A DNA stretch of 64,000 nt from Camelus dromedarius (GCF_036321535.1 NC_087436.1:116500001-116564000); one strand, 5' to 3'. Counted from the stretch's first letter, positions 11,960 through 25,120 are shown. Program-made: numbers and translations. Notes: generated by a model not told the origin, from the sequence alone.

Positions 11960-12875
11960 GTGGCTTGCCTGGGAATATGATCGAGACCCTAATTCCTCAG
12001 TGGCCTGAACCCTAGAAACCACCATCTTCTCTGACCAGGCTTACTGGATTCTCAGTCACAGCAGGGCAAGGGACTCATGAGAGAGACCAAATGGATACCT
12101 GAGGTCTGCTCACACCCCTTCCTGCTCTGCTGAGGGCTGATCAGGGCCAATTACCCTCATCTCAGTGGTGACTACTCTCTCCTGCTGGATCCTGGACACA
12201 GGACCCTTGCTATGTCTTCTGGAAGGAATGTACCCCCTTTAAGGCAGAACTTCTCAACCAACCAAGTGCAGAGTTGCAGAAACAAGAAATGCAAATTCCC
12301 TCAGGGGGTCACTGAGAACAATGGTAAGTGAGGCCACCTTGTCCACACCTCATGATTCCCCAATTTAGGTATTTTTCCTACTGGGGATACAGGGCCATAG
12401 AGAGTTGTCTGAGCCAGGATGTATACTGCATTCTGAAGGATGACACCCTATGCTCAGAGTACTTCCTCTGAGCTGGCCTCAGCTGAGCCTGCAGCAGGCC
12501 ATTCCCAGGTGTGGTTGGATTGCAGAGTATGAAATGGTACCTTGTGTGATATGACAGTGGAGTCCCTGGTCATGGGTCCACACCCACGGCTCCTTGGCTA
12601 TGAAGTGGGTCCCCCATTCAGATGCTACATTGTTTAGGATGCCATGACTCTAGATCAGAAATGCCAAAGTCCACTGAGAGTGGTGCTTGCTGAGGTTCTC
12701 TGAGCAGGGAACACAAACCCATACCAGGGATAAGTGTCCAGTACTCATGACTGAGACCACCGCCCTTTCACAGTGGCAAGGAACCAATGTAATCAACTTG
12801 CCATCAAGTGGTCGATTGGAACAGTACCAGACTGGGGACTGCCCAGTGTTCTCTGCTGATGGTAAATTGGGTATT
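11960..12875 (-). pseudogene. Decayed ERV-L (class III) pol 3' region: integrase core plus dUTPase remnant
   Basis: The minus strand encodes WQVDYIGSLP, HGILNNVASEWGTHFIAKE, WNGLLQAQL, YGPVSP and GGTFLPED, matching ERV-L IN/dUTPase motifs, with many stops and frameshifts. Confidence 0.85.
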
Positions 12876-12985
12876 TCAGAGGTGAGGTGAGTTACAGCAG
12901 CCTGGGGACCAGGCGGCGGCGGAAGCAGGGTTTGCTCCCGGGTAGTCTTGCTCCAGACTCTGCGCCTTAACCGCGGTGCTGCAGT
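12876..12985 (-). mobile_element. MIR 5' half, unusually CpG-rich
   Basis: gaggtgaggtgagtt...ggaagcagggtttgctcccggg...ctccagactctgcgccttaacc. Confidence 0.55.
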
Positions 12986-13299
12986 GACTCTAAACAGACA
13001 CAAAAAATACGTGTTGAACTATCGTCTTAGGTTTCTATTTCAAAATTTTCAAATAGAGGGATAGTTTAGGGTGATTATTTAGAGGTTCCATTCCTCGTTA
13101 TGAACCATAGGTCAAGGGGAAAATACCATGTAATAAAAATGTGTAATGGTCCCGCTCACCCATCCCCAACATAAGAAGGAACGAGTCTCAGAGAGAGGGG
13201 ATCTTAGTCAAGGGTGGGCCACGCAGACTTCCAAAAGCACACTGGTGACACCATTACAGAGCAAGTTCAGGTGCCCTCGTGGGCTTTTTTTTTCGGTCT

Positions 13300-13380
13300 G
13301 TCATGGTAGCAGCCATGAAAGTGTGTCACCCAGGTCTCCCTCCAAGAAAGGACTGCTGCAAAGAGATTGTCTAGTTACTC
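13300..13380 (+). mobile_element. LTR16-like 5' fragment
   Basis: tggtagcagccatgaaagtgtgtcacccaggtctccctccaagaaaggactgctgcaa. Confidence 0.5.
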
Positions 13381-14234
13381 TTTTTACTTGTCTGTTTGTT
13401 AGGCCATGGCTGAAAGTCTCTTTATGGACAAAGTGGAAACCCCTAGGCCCAGAAGCCCAGGCAGAGATGCAGGGAGATTACACAGTGAGGTTCAGTCCAT
13501 CACAGAAATGTGTCCCCCATCCTCACTGACACTGTCAGGTGAGAGTGCTTCTCAGCGAATGTTCCCTGAGCAGGAAGCATCCTCAGGCTATAAGGAAAAA
13601 TTCTTCTGTCAGGCTCCATCTCAGTCAAGCTGCTGGGACCCCCTAAGATGCAGCCTTCCTGATCAGGGCGGCTCTTTACAGGTACACTTGAAAAATCTCC
13701 CCCAGATGAACACCACTTCCCAGCAAGGCACACAACACTGAGGCCTAGTTGCCACCCTGATGGGTTCTAACATCAACCAAACCTATTTGGAAAGCCAGCT
13801 GTCACTTCTAACTCTCTGCACTTGATGAAAAGGCCAGGCCCCTGGCTTCTGCCTTCTCCAGCCCAGCCACTGAAGCAGATGAGGGGGAGAGCAGCTGGAC
13901 TCAACTGAACAGCAGGCAGGAATGAGCTTCAAGAGGAAACCTGGGGGAAAGCAAGCATCTGGGAAAGAGAAGGTGGAACTGGGGGTAAAGGGGGTGATGC
14001 AAAGGACTCGAATACTGCAGGCCATGGTGGGTGGTGCAGAAGGAAGAAGGGCAGTGTATAAGGCAGTAAGCTCCAGGTCAGTGGCCACATCGGTAGGGAT
14101 GCCTCTGAGGACAGGGCTTGGAGATGACACCTGGGAACTGGCTCATCACACCCAGGGGCCAGGGCTAATGTTCTATCTCTCCCAACCTCTCACCTCCCCT
14201 CTGTATGGTTAAGGGCCTCTCTCTGCAGCAGAAA

Positions 14235-14473
14235 TAACAGAATGATTAGGAATCAGGGCTCTGGAGTCAGACTACCTGAATTCCATTCTACTCTGCCACA
14301 CTAGCTGTGTGACCTTATGCCAGGTAATTAACTTCTCAGTAGCTCATTCATAAAATGAGGATAATAATATGGAATAATTCCATAGCATCACTGTGAATAT
14401 TAAACACAACATACAGAAAGTATGCAGAACAGTGTCTGGTATACAGGAAGTTCGAGTTCTCAGTGATGTTATT
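14235..14473 (+). mobile_element. MIR, near full length
   Basis: ggctctggagtcagactacctg...ctctgccacactagctgtgtgacctt...taaaatgaggataataata. Confidence 0.85.
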
Positions 14474-14520
14474 TATCTATCTATCTATCTATCTATCATC
14501 TATCTAACATCTATCTATCA
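14474..14520. repeat. (TCTA)n tetranucleotide repeat
   Basis: Direct reading. Confidence 0.9.
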
Positions 14521-15494
14521 TTTCTCTTATCAAACCTCCTTCAAAAATAAATATGTGCATGTTTTCTCCTCTCTTTAACCCATGCTAAAGATGCGATAGT
14601 CACCCAGAGATCACCTCCGATCTTAATAATGATTGAGTTTTTCTGACCAATGTCCCCAACCTATCCTCAGGATGATCCAAGTAACTTGATCACATTGGAT
14701 AGTCTTGGGAAAGCCACAATCTGTTGGTCTTAAAGTCTGTATCTGTAAAAAGAGGAATTTGGAATATATTGATCTTGAAAGCCCCTTCCAATTTTAAATC
14801 CTCTGATTCTATTGTTCCCTCCTTCTCTATCAAATGTATCATTCATCAATAAACTGACCTTCAGTAAACTATCAATCAAATAGAACTCAACAAACAGAGA
14901 GACTAATTCCATGAAACCAGGTGTCTACCACCAAAGCCCTAATTCTATGGAATGTTCTCAGTTCAGTGATTACCCAGACACCAATTTTCCATATTTCCTT
15001 CACTACCATCTACAGTCTGAATAGTGATTTCTGATGCAAAATTTAGTTACTCTGGAGTTCTACAAAGTCTTGGCCTTCCCCAGATCCCCCTGGTTAGGGT
15101 CACTGGGATCTTCTTCCCAAATCCAGGAATATGATGTACTATCGAAATATTTGGAACCACAAAAGGAGAGACAGAAGAAAAAAATGTACCCGCCCACTCA
15201 TTCTTTGTGGCATGATAATTCTTTCATTGGTTCAGGATTTACTTACCCTAGAGAAATGATTTCCTAATTGTGAAGTAGCTGGGAAAGGCGTAGAGTGAGG
15301 TGGAGGGTGGGAGGTGGGTGAGCTCAGTACAGTGGACTCTCATCCACCCCTTGTTCACATCCACTAATTTAGCTCTATTGTAATGTGTTTTCTTTGCTTA
15401 TTCTTTGGGTTTCTTTGTGAAGAAAATTCCTTTGGAAAAAAGTTTTGAAATTAAAAATTTGAAAACCCTTGCAGTGGAGAATGTTTCCATGGAT

Positions 15495-15662
15495 ACAATC
15501 CTCATGACAAACTCATGCAGTAGTTATTAACATTCTCCATTGTTACTAACAAAGGTCCACAAACCTCAGACGGATGGGAAACTTGCCCACTAATAAGTCA
15601 TGGAGCACAGACTCCAGCCCAGGACGTCTGATCATAAATACATGTATTCTTTCCACTACATC
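15495..15662 (-). mobile_element. MIR
   Basis: aatcctcatgacaaactcatgcagtag...acttgccca...cccaggacgtctga. Confidence 0.65.
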
Positions 15663-15834
15663 TCTGTGTCTTCTTTGAAATTTAATAGTAACAGAAAATT
15701 CTGCACTTCATAGGATTGTGTATTTTCCTACTGTATTCAAGATTAATTCATCAGATCTTAAATAAATCCTTTCTCTAACAATAACAATTACCACTTTTAT
15801 GCTGTTGCTATATGTCAGGCACTGTGCTCTGCTC

Positions 15835-17071
15835 TTTTATATATATATATATATATATATTTATATTTTTTAAATTAAAGTATAGTCAGTTTATAATGTT
15901 GTGTCAATTTCTGGTATACAGCATAATGCTTCAGTCATACTTGAATATACATATATTTGTTTTCATATTCTTTTTCACCATAAGTTACTATAAGATATTG
16001 AATATAGTTCCCTGTGCTATAGGGTATGAACTTGTTTATTTATTTTACATATATTAGTTAGTACCTACAAATCTCGAAATCTCAATTTATTCCTTCTTAT
16101 CTCCTTCCCTCCCTGGTAACCATAAGTTTGTATCTATGTCTGTGAGTCTCTCTATTTTGTAAATAAGTTTGTTTGTCTTTTTTTTTCTTTTTTTTTTTTT
16201 AGATTCCACATAAAAGTGATATCATATGGTATTTTTTTCTCTTTCTGGCTTACTTCACTTAGAATGACAACCTCCAGGTCCATTCATATTGCTGCAAATG
16301 GCATTATTTTATTATTTTTTTATGGCTTAGCAGTATTCCATTGTATAAATACACCACAATTTCTTTATCCAGTCATCTGTCAATGGACATTTAGGTTGTT
16401 TCCATGTCTTGGCTATTGTAAATATTGCTGCTATGAACATTGGGGTACATGTATCTTTTTGAATTAAGGTTCTCTCTGGATATATGCCAGGGAATGGGAT
16501 TGCCGGATCATTAGGTAAGTCTATCTTCAGTCTTTTGAGAAGTCCCTATATTGTTTTCCACAATGGCTGCACCAAACTGCATTCTAGCCAACAGTATAGG
16601 AGGGTTCCCTTTCCTCCACATCCTCTCCAGCATTTATTGTTTGTGGACTTTTGAATGATGGCCATTCTGACTGGTGTGAGGTGATACTTCATTGTAGTTT
16701 TAATTTGCATTTCTCTGAAAATTATCAATATTGAGTATTTTTTCATGTGCATATTGGCCATTTGTATGTCTTCACAGGAGAATTGCTTCTTTGGGTCCTC
16801 TGCCCATTTTAGGATTAGGTTGTTTGTTCATTATTATTAAGTTGTATAAACTGTTCATATATTTTTGAAATTAAGCCCTTATCAGTCTCATCTTTTGCAA
16901 ATATTTTCTCCCATTCTGAGGGTTCTCTTTTTGTTTTGCTTGTGGTTTCCTTTGCTGTGCAAAATCTCATAAGTTTAAGTGGGTATTATTTATTTAGTTT
17001 TGCTTTTATTTCTATTGCCTGGGTAGACTGCCCTAAGAGAACGTTGCTAACATTAATGTCAGATAATGTTT
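15835..17071 (-). mobile_element. 5'-truncated camelid L1 (older 3' UTR type) inserted into a MIR
   Basis: ORF2 C-terminus [19 protein letters not shown]...[21 protein letters not shown] tgctctgctc at 15825-15834 and 17072-17081; the host MIR resumes at 17082-17216. Confidence 0.95.
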
Positions 17072-18744
17072 TGCTCTGCTCATAACATAAATTAACTCAT
17101 TTAATTTTATTGAATCGACACCAAAATGTATATATGTTCAGTGCCACTGTTAGCTTTTTTTTTTTACAGATGAGGAAACTGAGACTCTAAGAGGTTAAGG
17201 TATTTGTCTAAGATCAAATTGGTCCAAAAGTTGATACTATGCAAGCTAACTAATTAGATCTTATACATTACTAGATGGGGTATAGTTGAGTTAAGTTTCT
17301 GGGGAATTTGAGATGAATAAGACATTGCCCCTAAACTCATGTAGCCTACCTGTAGGTACCTGGACTCTAAAATATAGTTTAGTATAAAAGTAACTGTGCT
17401 GTCACAATACATTTTGAAATGCAAATCAGTGAGTTTAGAAATAAAGATTTATTTGAGTTTAAAAGCAGGGTCAGAGTTCTAAGGAACAGGTTAAGACTGC
17501 AGTATTTCTTAAATCTTTCAGAAGTTAATTCATGCTAGCCTTAGGGAGGATTATTGAGAAAATCTCTGAGAATGTACCCCATGACAGGCAACTCACAAGT
17601 TACGGTGAACATAAAGGCAGGCGAATATGATACTGGAGAACTAGCTCTCACACTCGATGGAAAGCTGCACAGGAAGGGCTCTCTGGGAACTTAAAGAGGT
17701 TATGTGAATATTTAAAAAGGGATGAATTATTCTACTACGGCTTATGAATGCATGCACATTGTCTACCAAATGTTCACAGTTACCAGGAGCGTAAAATTCA
17801 ACTCTTAGCTCTATCCCTCCCCTGTTAATGGGGCACAAGACGGGAGCCTGTTTAGAAAAACATTGGAAGGTGACATATTTTTTGCATTTCAACTTCCATG
17901 CTTATTATAAATAGTCCCCCAGTAGGACAGCAGCACATGGGTTTTGCTTTAAAGCATGCTCAATGTAAAGTTAAAATCACAATGTGAAAGACAAAAGACA
18001 AATTGGACAGATGTTGCGGGTGGAGATTACTGGAGGTGGGTCATGGGCAAGCAGTTAGTAGTGGGACATTCCTTACAATTGGAACTGTCCAAAAAGGCTT
18101 TCAGTGCACAGAGGTGACATGCGATTCTCCAGAGAGACGTCTTCATCATCATAAAATCTCATCTCCCTAATTTCACAGAAACCTGTGTTGCCTGATGATA
18201 TAACACAAGGTGGAGGCAAGAAGTTTACAAGAAGCAGTAGGTTAACATTCACTCTATTTGATTTGGCTGCTGTCCTCTTTTTTGCCTAATCAGCTTCTGA
18301 AAACCGGTGAGAATACTGTCAGGATGAATTATCAGTTATTCATGGAAGGTGGCAGAAAGAGAGCAAGAAGAAGACAGGAAAACATATGGACCAGTACTGA
18401 GGATGTAGAAACTTTGTGCTGGCACTTCCCCAAGCCTTCAGGTCCGTTTGTTTGTTCTAATCTGTCAATCTTGAGTGTAATGATAATCGTTTCCCAGGGC
18501 CATTGTAAGGAAAAGGGAAACATGAAACATTTCTTCCAAAATTGATTTATAAGCTATGAAGCACCATGCAATTCTTGGTCAAATGGTTCTCTTGATATTT
18601 TGTGTTTGATGATAGGGGGAAAAGTGACCCACAAAATAAGCAAAATGGGAAAGTGATAGGCCAGTATCTGTCACCCAGTGATAGGTGGTGATGTGTGAAG
18701 GAAAATGATGGAGTGTGGTTTGAAGGGCCTGGATCTATTCTGGT

Positions 18745-18950
18745 TCTATGTCTCATGAAGATATAATGAGTTGATATATGTAAAATATGTGGAAGTGTGT
18801 CTAACCATAATAAAGTTGGCAAAAGTTAGTTAAAGTTGGCAAACTTTTCAAGTCTTCTGAGCCTCTATTCCTCGTCTATTATAATATGGATCAGTATATT
18901 CCTACTTTATAAGTGAGGAAAAGAGGATTCATTATAGGGATATTAAAGAA
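18745..18950 (+). mobile_element. Two abutting MIR fragments
   Basis: aatgagttgatatatgtaaaa tail followed by ttctgagcctctattcctcgtctat core. Confidence 0.55.
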
Positions 18951-19479
18951 TGAAAATTATGAGGTATTTCCAAATAAGATATTATCATTATTTCTTGTTG
19001 GAATCTGTGTTTTCAAACCAAAGTTGAAGGGAACTTGTAACAGCTATCTGTATCAGCAGAGAACTTGATGGTATGAAAATGGTGTCTTATTTTCAGGAAC
19101 ATGAAATAAATGCTAAGTTTTTAGCTTTTGCCCCAATTTGGGGTTGACATGATAAGCTCTGAAAAATATGAAAACTGTTTTGGAAAAGTCTGAGATTTGT
19201 TTAGAGGAAATAGGCAGAGGCTTTAATGGCCTGTCCTCAGAACCACAAAGCCCCACACTCAGATGCCATAGTGACGATTTAAAAAAACGTATTGTGTTTA
19301 AGAGAATTGATAAGATTTATCATGTAACACAACAGACTTTAATAGCAGGCAGCTTGTGAAAGATCTGAAAAATAAAGTTTCACTTTGTACTTTTAACTTT
19401 TCCCTGTACCTTCATATCAATTGCTCTGAACTGAGTAAGGAAATGAATCACAGCCTTCAGTGAGTGTCCAGTGTAGAAT

Positions 19480-19735
19480 GGCATCGTGTAGCAAACCTTG
19501 ATGTAGTGAGAATAATATATTATTCATCATGAATCTGACCTGGGTTCAATTCCAGCTGAGACTCTTATTTTGTGCTTGATCCTAGAAAATTTTGTTAATC
19601 CCTCTGAACCTCTGTTTAAATTATCATAATAATTATGGCAGCCTCCTCCCAGGACTGCTCTGAGGATTCATTGACAAGATGCATGAAATATATGCAGACC
19701 TGTGCATATAGTAGGCACTTTATAAAAGTTAGCTC
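19480..19735 (+). mobile_element. MIR
   Basis: gacctgggttcaattccagct...ctctgaacctctgttt...tgaggattcattgacaagatgcatg. Confidence 0.75.
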
Positions 19736-19844
19736 TCTTACTTTCCCCTATTCTGCCTTAGACTTCACGGTTCTATGATAAATACACCAAAAGTGGTGTT
19801 ACCGTTATAGTCATAGATACTTAGATTTAAATAGGCTTTGTAAT

Positions 19845-19995
19845 ACAACCTTGAAAATTAACAAATCAAATTCTCTTGATAAATGATGAGCAAATAGGCT
19901 CAGAAAGATGAATGATTTGCTCAAGGTAATACTTAACATGCAGCTGAAACATGACTAGTAGACTTGGTCTCCTGGTTTCTAGCTCACAAGCATTC
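19845..19995 (-). mobile_element. MIR fragment
   Basis: gatgagcaaataggctcagaaagatgaatgatttgctcaaggt. Confidence 0.65.
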
Positions 19996-20625
19996 CCCAA
20001 GCCCAGACACAGCCTCCGTCTTGGTTGCTGCAATGGAGACATGTATCTGTGTCTTCAAGATGCTTAGATTTTAATAAGACACTCTATGCCTCTTGACCAC
20101 ACTCAGAGTACCAAGAAACAGCTGACGTTTAAATGTCCCCTAGCTACCTTCTTTCTTCCATGTGCATAAATGCAGCCTTACGTTTATTTAGTAACTGAGC
20201 AGGCTGACGGCATATCCCATGCAACACACTCTGTTAAACACTGTGCAAGGAGGAAATTAAAATTCAGCCCAGGAAAGAAGAGACACACACTCAGCTGCAG
20301 AGCAAGTCAAAAGCACAGATTTCAACATCAGAAAAAACTGCATTCAGATTCCTCTTCTCCTACTTAGCATGTACTGTGTTGGTCAAATCCCTTTACCTCT
20401 CCAGCCTCTATCTACTTCTCCATATGATGTGAAGAATTATTCTTAGTCCTCAGACACATCATAAACATCGACTCTGATAATGTTAAAAAAAAAAAAAAAA
20501 AAAAAAGGACTCAACTGTTACCTAAATTCTTAATCAATCACTCCGTCAGTGGCGACTATGGCTAATAGTTTTATTTATTATTAAGAGCAGTAAAAGCCAA
20601 GTGCTATGTGGTTAACCTTCCCCAT

Positions 20626-20833
20626 TAAGGGTCAGCCCACTTTTCCTGTAAATGACTGGGTAGTAAATGTTTTCAGGTTTGTGGGCTGTGGGGCCTGCCT
20701 CACGACTGCTCAGTTTTACTGTTGCAGCGTGGAAGCAGCCCTAGGCCACGTGAAAATAAGTGGGTGTGACTGAGCTGCAATAAACTCACAAACGTAGGGG
20801 GGCTCCCTGCAGGCCACAGTTTGCCAAGCCCAG
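20626..20833 (+). mobile_element. MER58A-like hAT-Charlie MITE
   Basis: gggtcagcccacttttcctgtaaatgactgggtagtaaat...ggccacagtttgccaagcccag with degenerate TIRs; strand is nominal. Confidence 0.85.
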
Positions 20834-22884
20834 CTCTGAGTGGAAGATTACGGAAAGTTTAACTACAAGGAATGACTGGAGGCTGAATGAGGCTACAGGA
20901 TTTAGCAGACAGAGGGCAAGAGCAGTGGAAGGAACAGACTAAATAGAGGCAAGAACTGGGAGTGGTTTAGAGCAAGTCTGGGGTTTGCTGGAGCCTAAGC
21001 TCCTCCATCCGGCATCTTCCAAGCACCTCATCCAAGCTTGGGCATTTAGGACGTGTTCAGTGACAGGAAGTATGTAATATGGCTGCAAAAGACATTCTTG
21101 AAGCCTTACATTTCAATGCCTTGACATCCTTGTTGAATGACAACTTTTGAACAGAGAACTGACATGACTGATAATGTGCTTTACTGCAATGGAAATGCCA
21201 TGGCAATCAATGCTCCTAAGGCAGAATAAACAAGTAACAAGGTAACTGGTTTAATTGGAGGAGAAAGGAAATGGGTGGAATGGAGGATGACAACACCTGT
21301 GAGTCCAGCTTGCAGGACATATAGATATGGAACATTGAACACAGGGTGCACAGCTAGTTTATGGAGCTGAAAAAGACATTGAAAAGTGAACTATGGGACT
21401 GTGGGCAAATCACTGAATGTGTGTTAAGAGATGGATGGGATCATCTCTGAGCCTTTTTAGATCCAGGTATCAATGATTTTGGATTGAATTCGATGTTGAG
21501 AACACACCATTATTTGCGGTCTCTATTACTCAGGAGCCAGAAGAAGCCCAATAAATTAATTGGTAAGAATGGGCAGTGAAATCACTTACACTATTTGAAA
21601 ATTCTCTCTCTCTGCCTCTCTTTCACCCTTTTCTCTTTTTCTTGATTGCTTTGTTTCTTTGCTTCCTCGCGTCCTGTGGAACACACGTATTTGAATCTAT
21701 AAGGTGGTGCTTATGACTTGGCTCCACTGCATTGTGGTTGAGGCCCTGACTGAACATTCTCAACAATGGTGCCTGAGTGGATTTAAAAAGAAAGTGTTTT
21801 CAATTCCATCCCCTGCATCCATCAGCAACCTACAGAGGCCCTCTATATAAAACCCACACTGTTCAGTACGGCGCACATTCTTTCATTATCTGATTCTCGC
21901 ACGCCTTTCTAGCTTGTTCCACCCCCTACCTTTAGTCCAGGTACGTGAACCACAGAGTTCCCAAAATGCTATGAACGATTTTACACAACGGGTCTTGGGT
22001 TCATGTTACTTCTCTCTACTGGGGTTGCCAATGGAACCCACAAAAATATAATCCCCCTTTACTACCTGGATTTCAAACAAGGAGGGAAATAAAGCAAAAG
22101 ACAAATAAGGAGGCCAAACATGATATTTATTACAGGTGGAAAACACATCCTTACGTAGATTAATCAAGTGGGCTTGATGACAATAACACCGACTTGGATC
22201 TAAGGAATCCTACCCACTCAGACTCCAGCAGTGCTGGACTTGGGCAGCCCTCCCTGCCTGTAACCCTTGTGACTTAGACCACTTAGCTGAGCTGAGCATC
22301 CCTGGTTTTTCCTTCCAAATATCTCAGCCAGGAAACCACTTCACTCATAAGCTAAAGGAGCAGAGAAGGGCCCAGAGGTGCGCTGAGCTTCTTTCACAGA
22401 ATGGGAATGTTAGAAGTGGAGGAGGAAGTGTCCGTCACTAACACGACTGTTGGAAATGCTTTCTCAGCCTCTTAGCAAACACTCACGAAGTCATCATCAT
22501 TAACAAAAGATTCCTCCAAGAAGAGTCCCCACAGAACATGTGCAAGAAGATCTAGCAGGAGTAGCCCAACAACACCCTGTCACTCAACGGTGTACTTCAG
22601 TTTCCAGAAGACTCAGGTCCTCACGTCCAAAATAGTATTTTGCATCTGCTGAGCACGACTTGCTCACTCCTGTTGCAGGAGGACTTCAATTGCCCAATAT
22701 GGGTGAATTTGGATGAAGCTGCCAATCAAGATGCCATTCCAGGGATGGTAAGTGCTGTCTTGAGTGGAATGACAAAAAAAAAAAAAAAGGCAATGAGTGG
22801 AGTTGATTCATCCTAGGGTGATGCCATTAATCATGTGTCCATCCCTTCTGTTCCCTAGATCCTTTGGGGGCTATAGTTCCTGTC

Positions 22885-23380
22885 TGTGTAGATTGTTTCC
22901 CAAAATGTCCACAACATGCCCCTCTGTAATGTGACTGTCCTTTGGGTGACATCTATTTCTCCTCACTTCACCTTGAATCTGGGCTGGCCTTGGTACTTAC
23001 TTTGGCCAGTAGGTGTGGTGGTGGTGGTGGTATCAGGCCAGGTCTGAGACCAGGTTTCTGCTCATTTTCTCGGATCTCCACCACCTTTATTTGAACAAGC
23101 CCCAGTCATCCCCTGTGGATGAGAGACCACATAGGACAGAGCCTGCCCATTCTCCCTGGCAAGGACCAAGAAGTACGTGAGGAACCAGCCAAGATCCAGA
23201 GAGCCAGCCCCTAGCCAACAAGCAGCTGACCTCAGATGCATGGATAGTACCTCTGCTCCCTCTACAACAGCTAAGCCTGACCCAGATCAGCCAACCTCCC
23301 CAGGCTGCAAATGGGAGCGAGCAAATGTCTCTCGTTTTCAGCTTCTGAGATTTGGAGTGGTTACTTACACACTGACTAAC
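22885..23380 (+). mobile_element. MLT1H-like MaLR LTR
   Basis: ccttgaatctgggctggcctt...ggatgagagaccacat...gcttctgagatttggagtggtt. Confidence 0.8.
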
Positions 23381-23460
23381 TTTTTTTTCCTAATTTTATT
23401 GAGATTTAATTGACACATAATATTGTATAAATTTAAGTCTTAAACATAATGATTTGATAT
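23381..23460 (-). mobile_element. Short L1 3' terminal stub, followed by probable MLT1 internal sequence to ~23545
   Basis: Poly-T plus tttattgagatttaattgacacataatattgtataaatttaag; then gctttgggattggatgttaggcagagactggaa. Confidence 0.65.
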
Positions 23461-23935
23461 CAATACTTAGAAATAGCTTTGGGATTGGATGTTAGGCAGA
23501 GACTGGAAAAATGAGCAAGCTGTTGATGGAATATGAAGAGTCTTGGTGTTCACCTCGCCTTTCTTTTTCCATTCAGAGAGTTACCCCAAATCCATCCACA
23601 GAAAGTTTCTTTCTTTCTTTCTTTCTTTTTTTTTTTTTTGTGCTTAAGTTAATCTGAGTTGCTGTATGTTGTATGAGACCAAAGAAACCTAACTGAAACA
23701 GCTAGAGAGAGGGAAGGAAGGACAAAATGGAGAGAAGGAAAAAAAGAAGGAAAGATAGCCAGCCTTTTAATAAACTCTCATCTAGCAAAAATTCAGACCC
23801 CACATTTTAAAGAAAATGTATTTTCTAAACACCAGGGTATACATGAAATCAGCTAAAGTGGTAGTCTTCATCAGACTTAAAAAGAGTATGTTCTGGTGTT
23901 GTGATTATATATACTAAATAAACATATATGTATTG

Positions 23936-23939
<4 letters not shown>

Positions 23940-23982
<43 letters not shown>

Positions 23983-23989
23983 CTCTCTT

Positions 23990-24035
<46 letters not shown>

Positions 24036-24038
24036 ACA
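23940..24038. repeat. Compound microsatellite (TA)n-(TC)n-(CA)n
   Basis: Direct reading. Confidence 0.95.
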
Positions 24039-24619
24039 AATAGAGTTACAAATGGCTAACCCATCTAGACAGAGGGCAAGCAGAAAAGTCACAAGCGAAT
24101 GCATATTGGAAATTTTTGATTTATGAATGAGATTTTCTGCAAACAATTCACTGTTACTGATTAAATCATTGCAAACAGATTAGGTTCTGTTGGTGAAAGG
24201 GGTAACAAAGTGGAATCTATTTCTGCTTCCCAAAGCGTTTATGCTGTATGCACTTTAAATCAAGGCATTCTTCAAACAGATTCCAAACATGGTGATCAAG
24301 AATAAACTTTGAATCTCTGCAAAATCACAGAATATTTTCAGCTTTTTTTTTCCTCTTTCATATCAAAGGTAAAAAGTTAGATAAATTCTTTGTGAACAAC
24401 AAGTAATTTGCAAATAGTTTATTCAACAAATCAGATAATAGATAATTAACTCTCAATTATTAATACCTAAAATACACTCTGATAATACTGCTATCCTTCA
24501 AAAACACTGTGCTTCAATTGGCTTCGTAAAGAGCTGCATTAAAGTAATTATAATGATTACATTACTATTTATTGTGGCTGAGAATACTCCTGGGCTTCTC
24601 TAGGAGTTTCTAGATATTG

Positions 24620-24895
24620 CTATAGCATACTGGTTACACCTGGGCTCCGTCCACAGGTTTCCTGTGCTTGGGCTCCAGTTTGCCACTTACCAGCTATAAT
24701 ATTAAGCGAATTACTCATCCATGCTTGGGTTTATTCTTCTATAAATGGAGACAGGAATTGTACTGTCTCATCATGTGTTTGAAAATTAAACAAGTAAATA
24801 CATGCAAAGTACTTACACCGTGACCCAGCAGGTAATAACTGCTTGATAAACATTAGCCACGTCAATGGCTAGAGTAACAACAACAATAATAATAA
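24620..24895 (+). mobile_element. MIR
   Basis: tttgccacttaccagctat...ctataaatggagacaggaat...aatacatgcaaagtactta. Confidence 0.8.
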
Positions 24896-24919
24896 AGACA
24901 GTCACAGCCCTTGATTACC

Positions 24920-25120
24920 TAATATTTCACACTATTTTATGAGCACTTACATCATCTCATTCGTTTCTCAGATCAGTCCTGTGATGCATATTATTATCCT
25001 TACTTTACAGAGTTGAAGCCAAGACTCAGGTTGGTGGAATAATTTGCCAAAGCCACTCTCCTAGCAAAGAACAAGGTCAAGCCCAGGCCTGTTGGACTTC
25101 AAAGTCTATGTCCCCCCTCT
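24920..25120 (-). mobile_element. MIR, tail-to-tail with the previous copy
   Basis: ttattatccttactttacagagttgaagccaagactcag...aatttgccaaagccac. Confidence 0.75.

Noticed and set aside
11960..12875. Domesticated integrase gene
   Set aside because: Motifs are scattered over different frames with stops; the ORF at 12650-13003 is not in the integrase frame.
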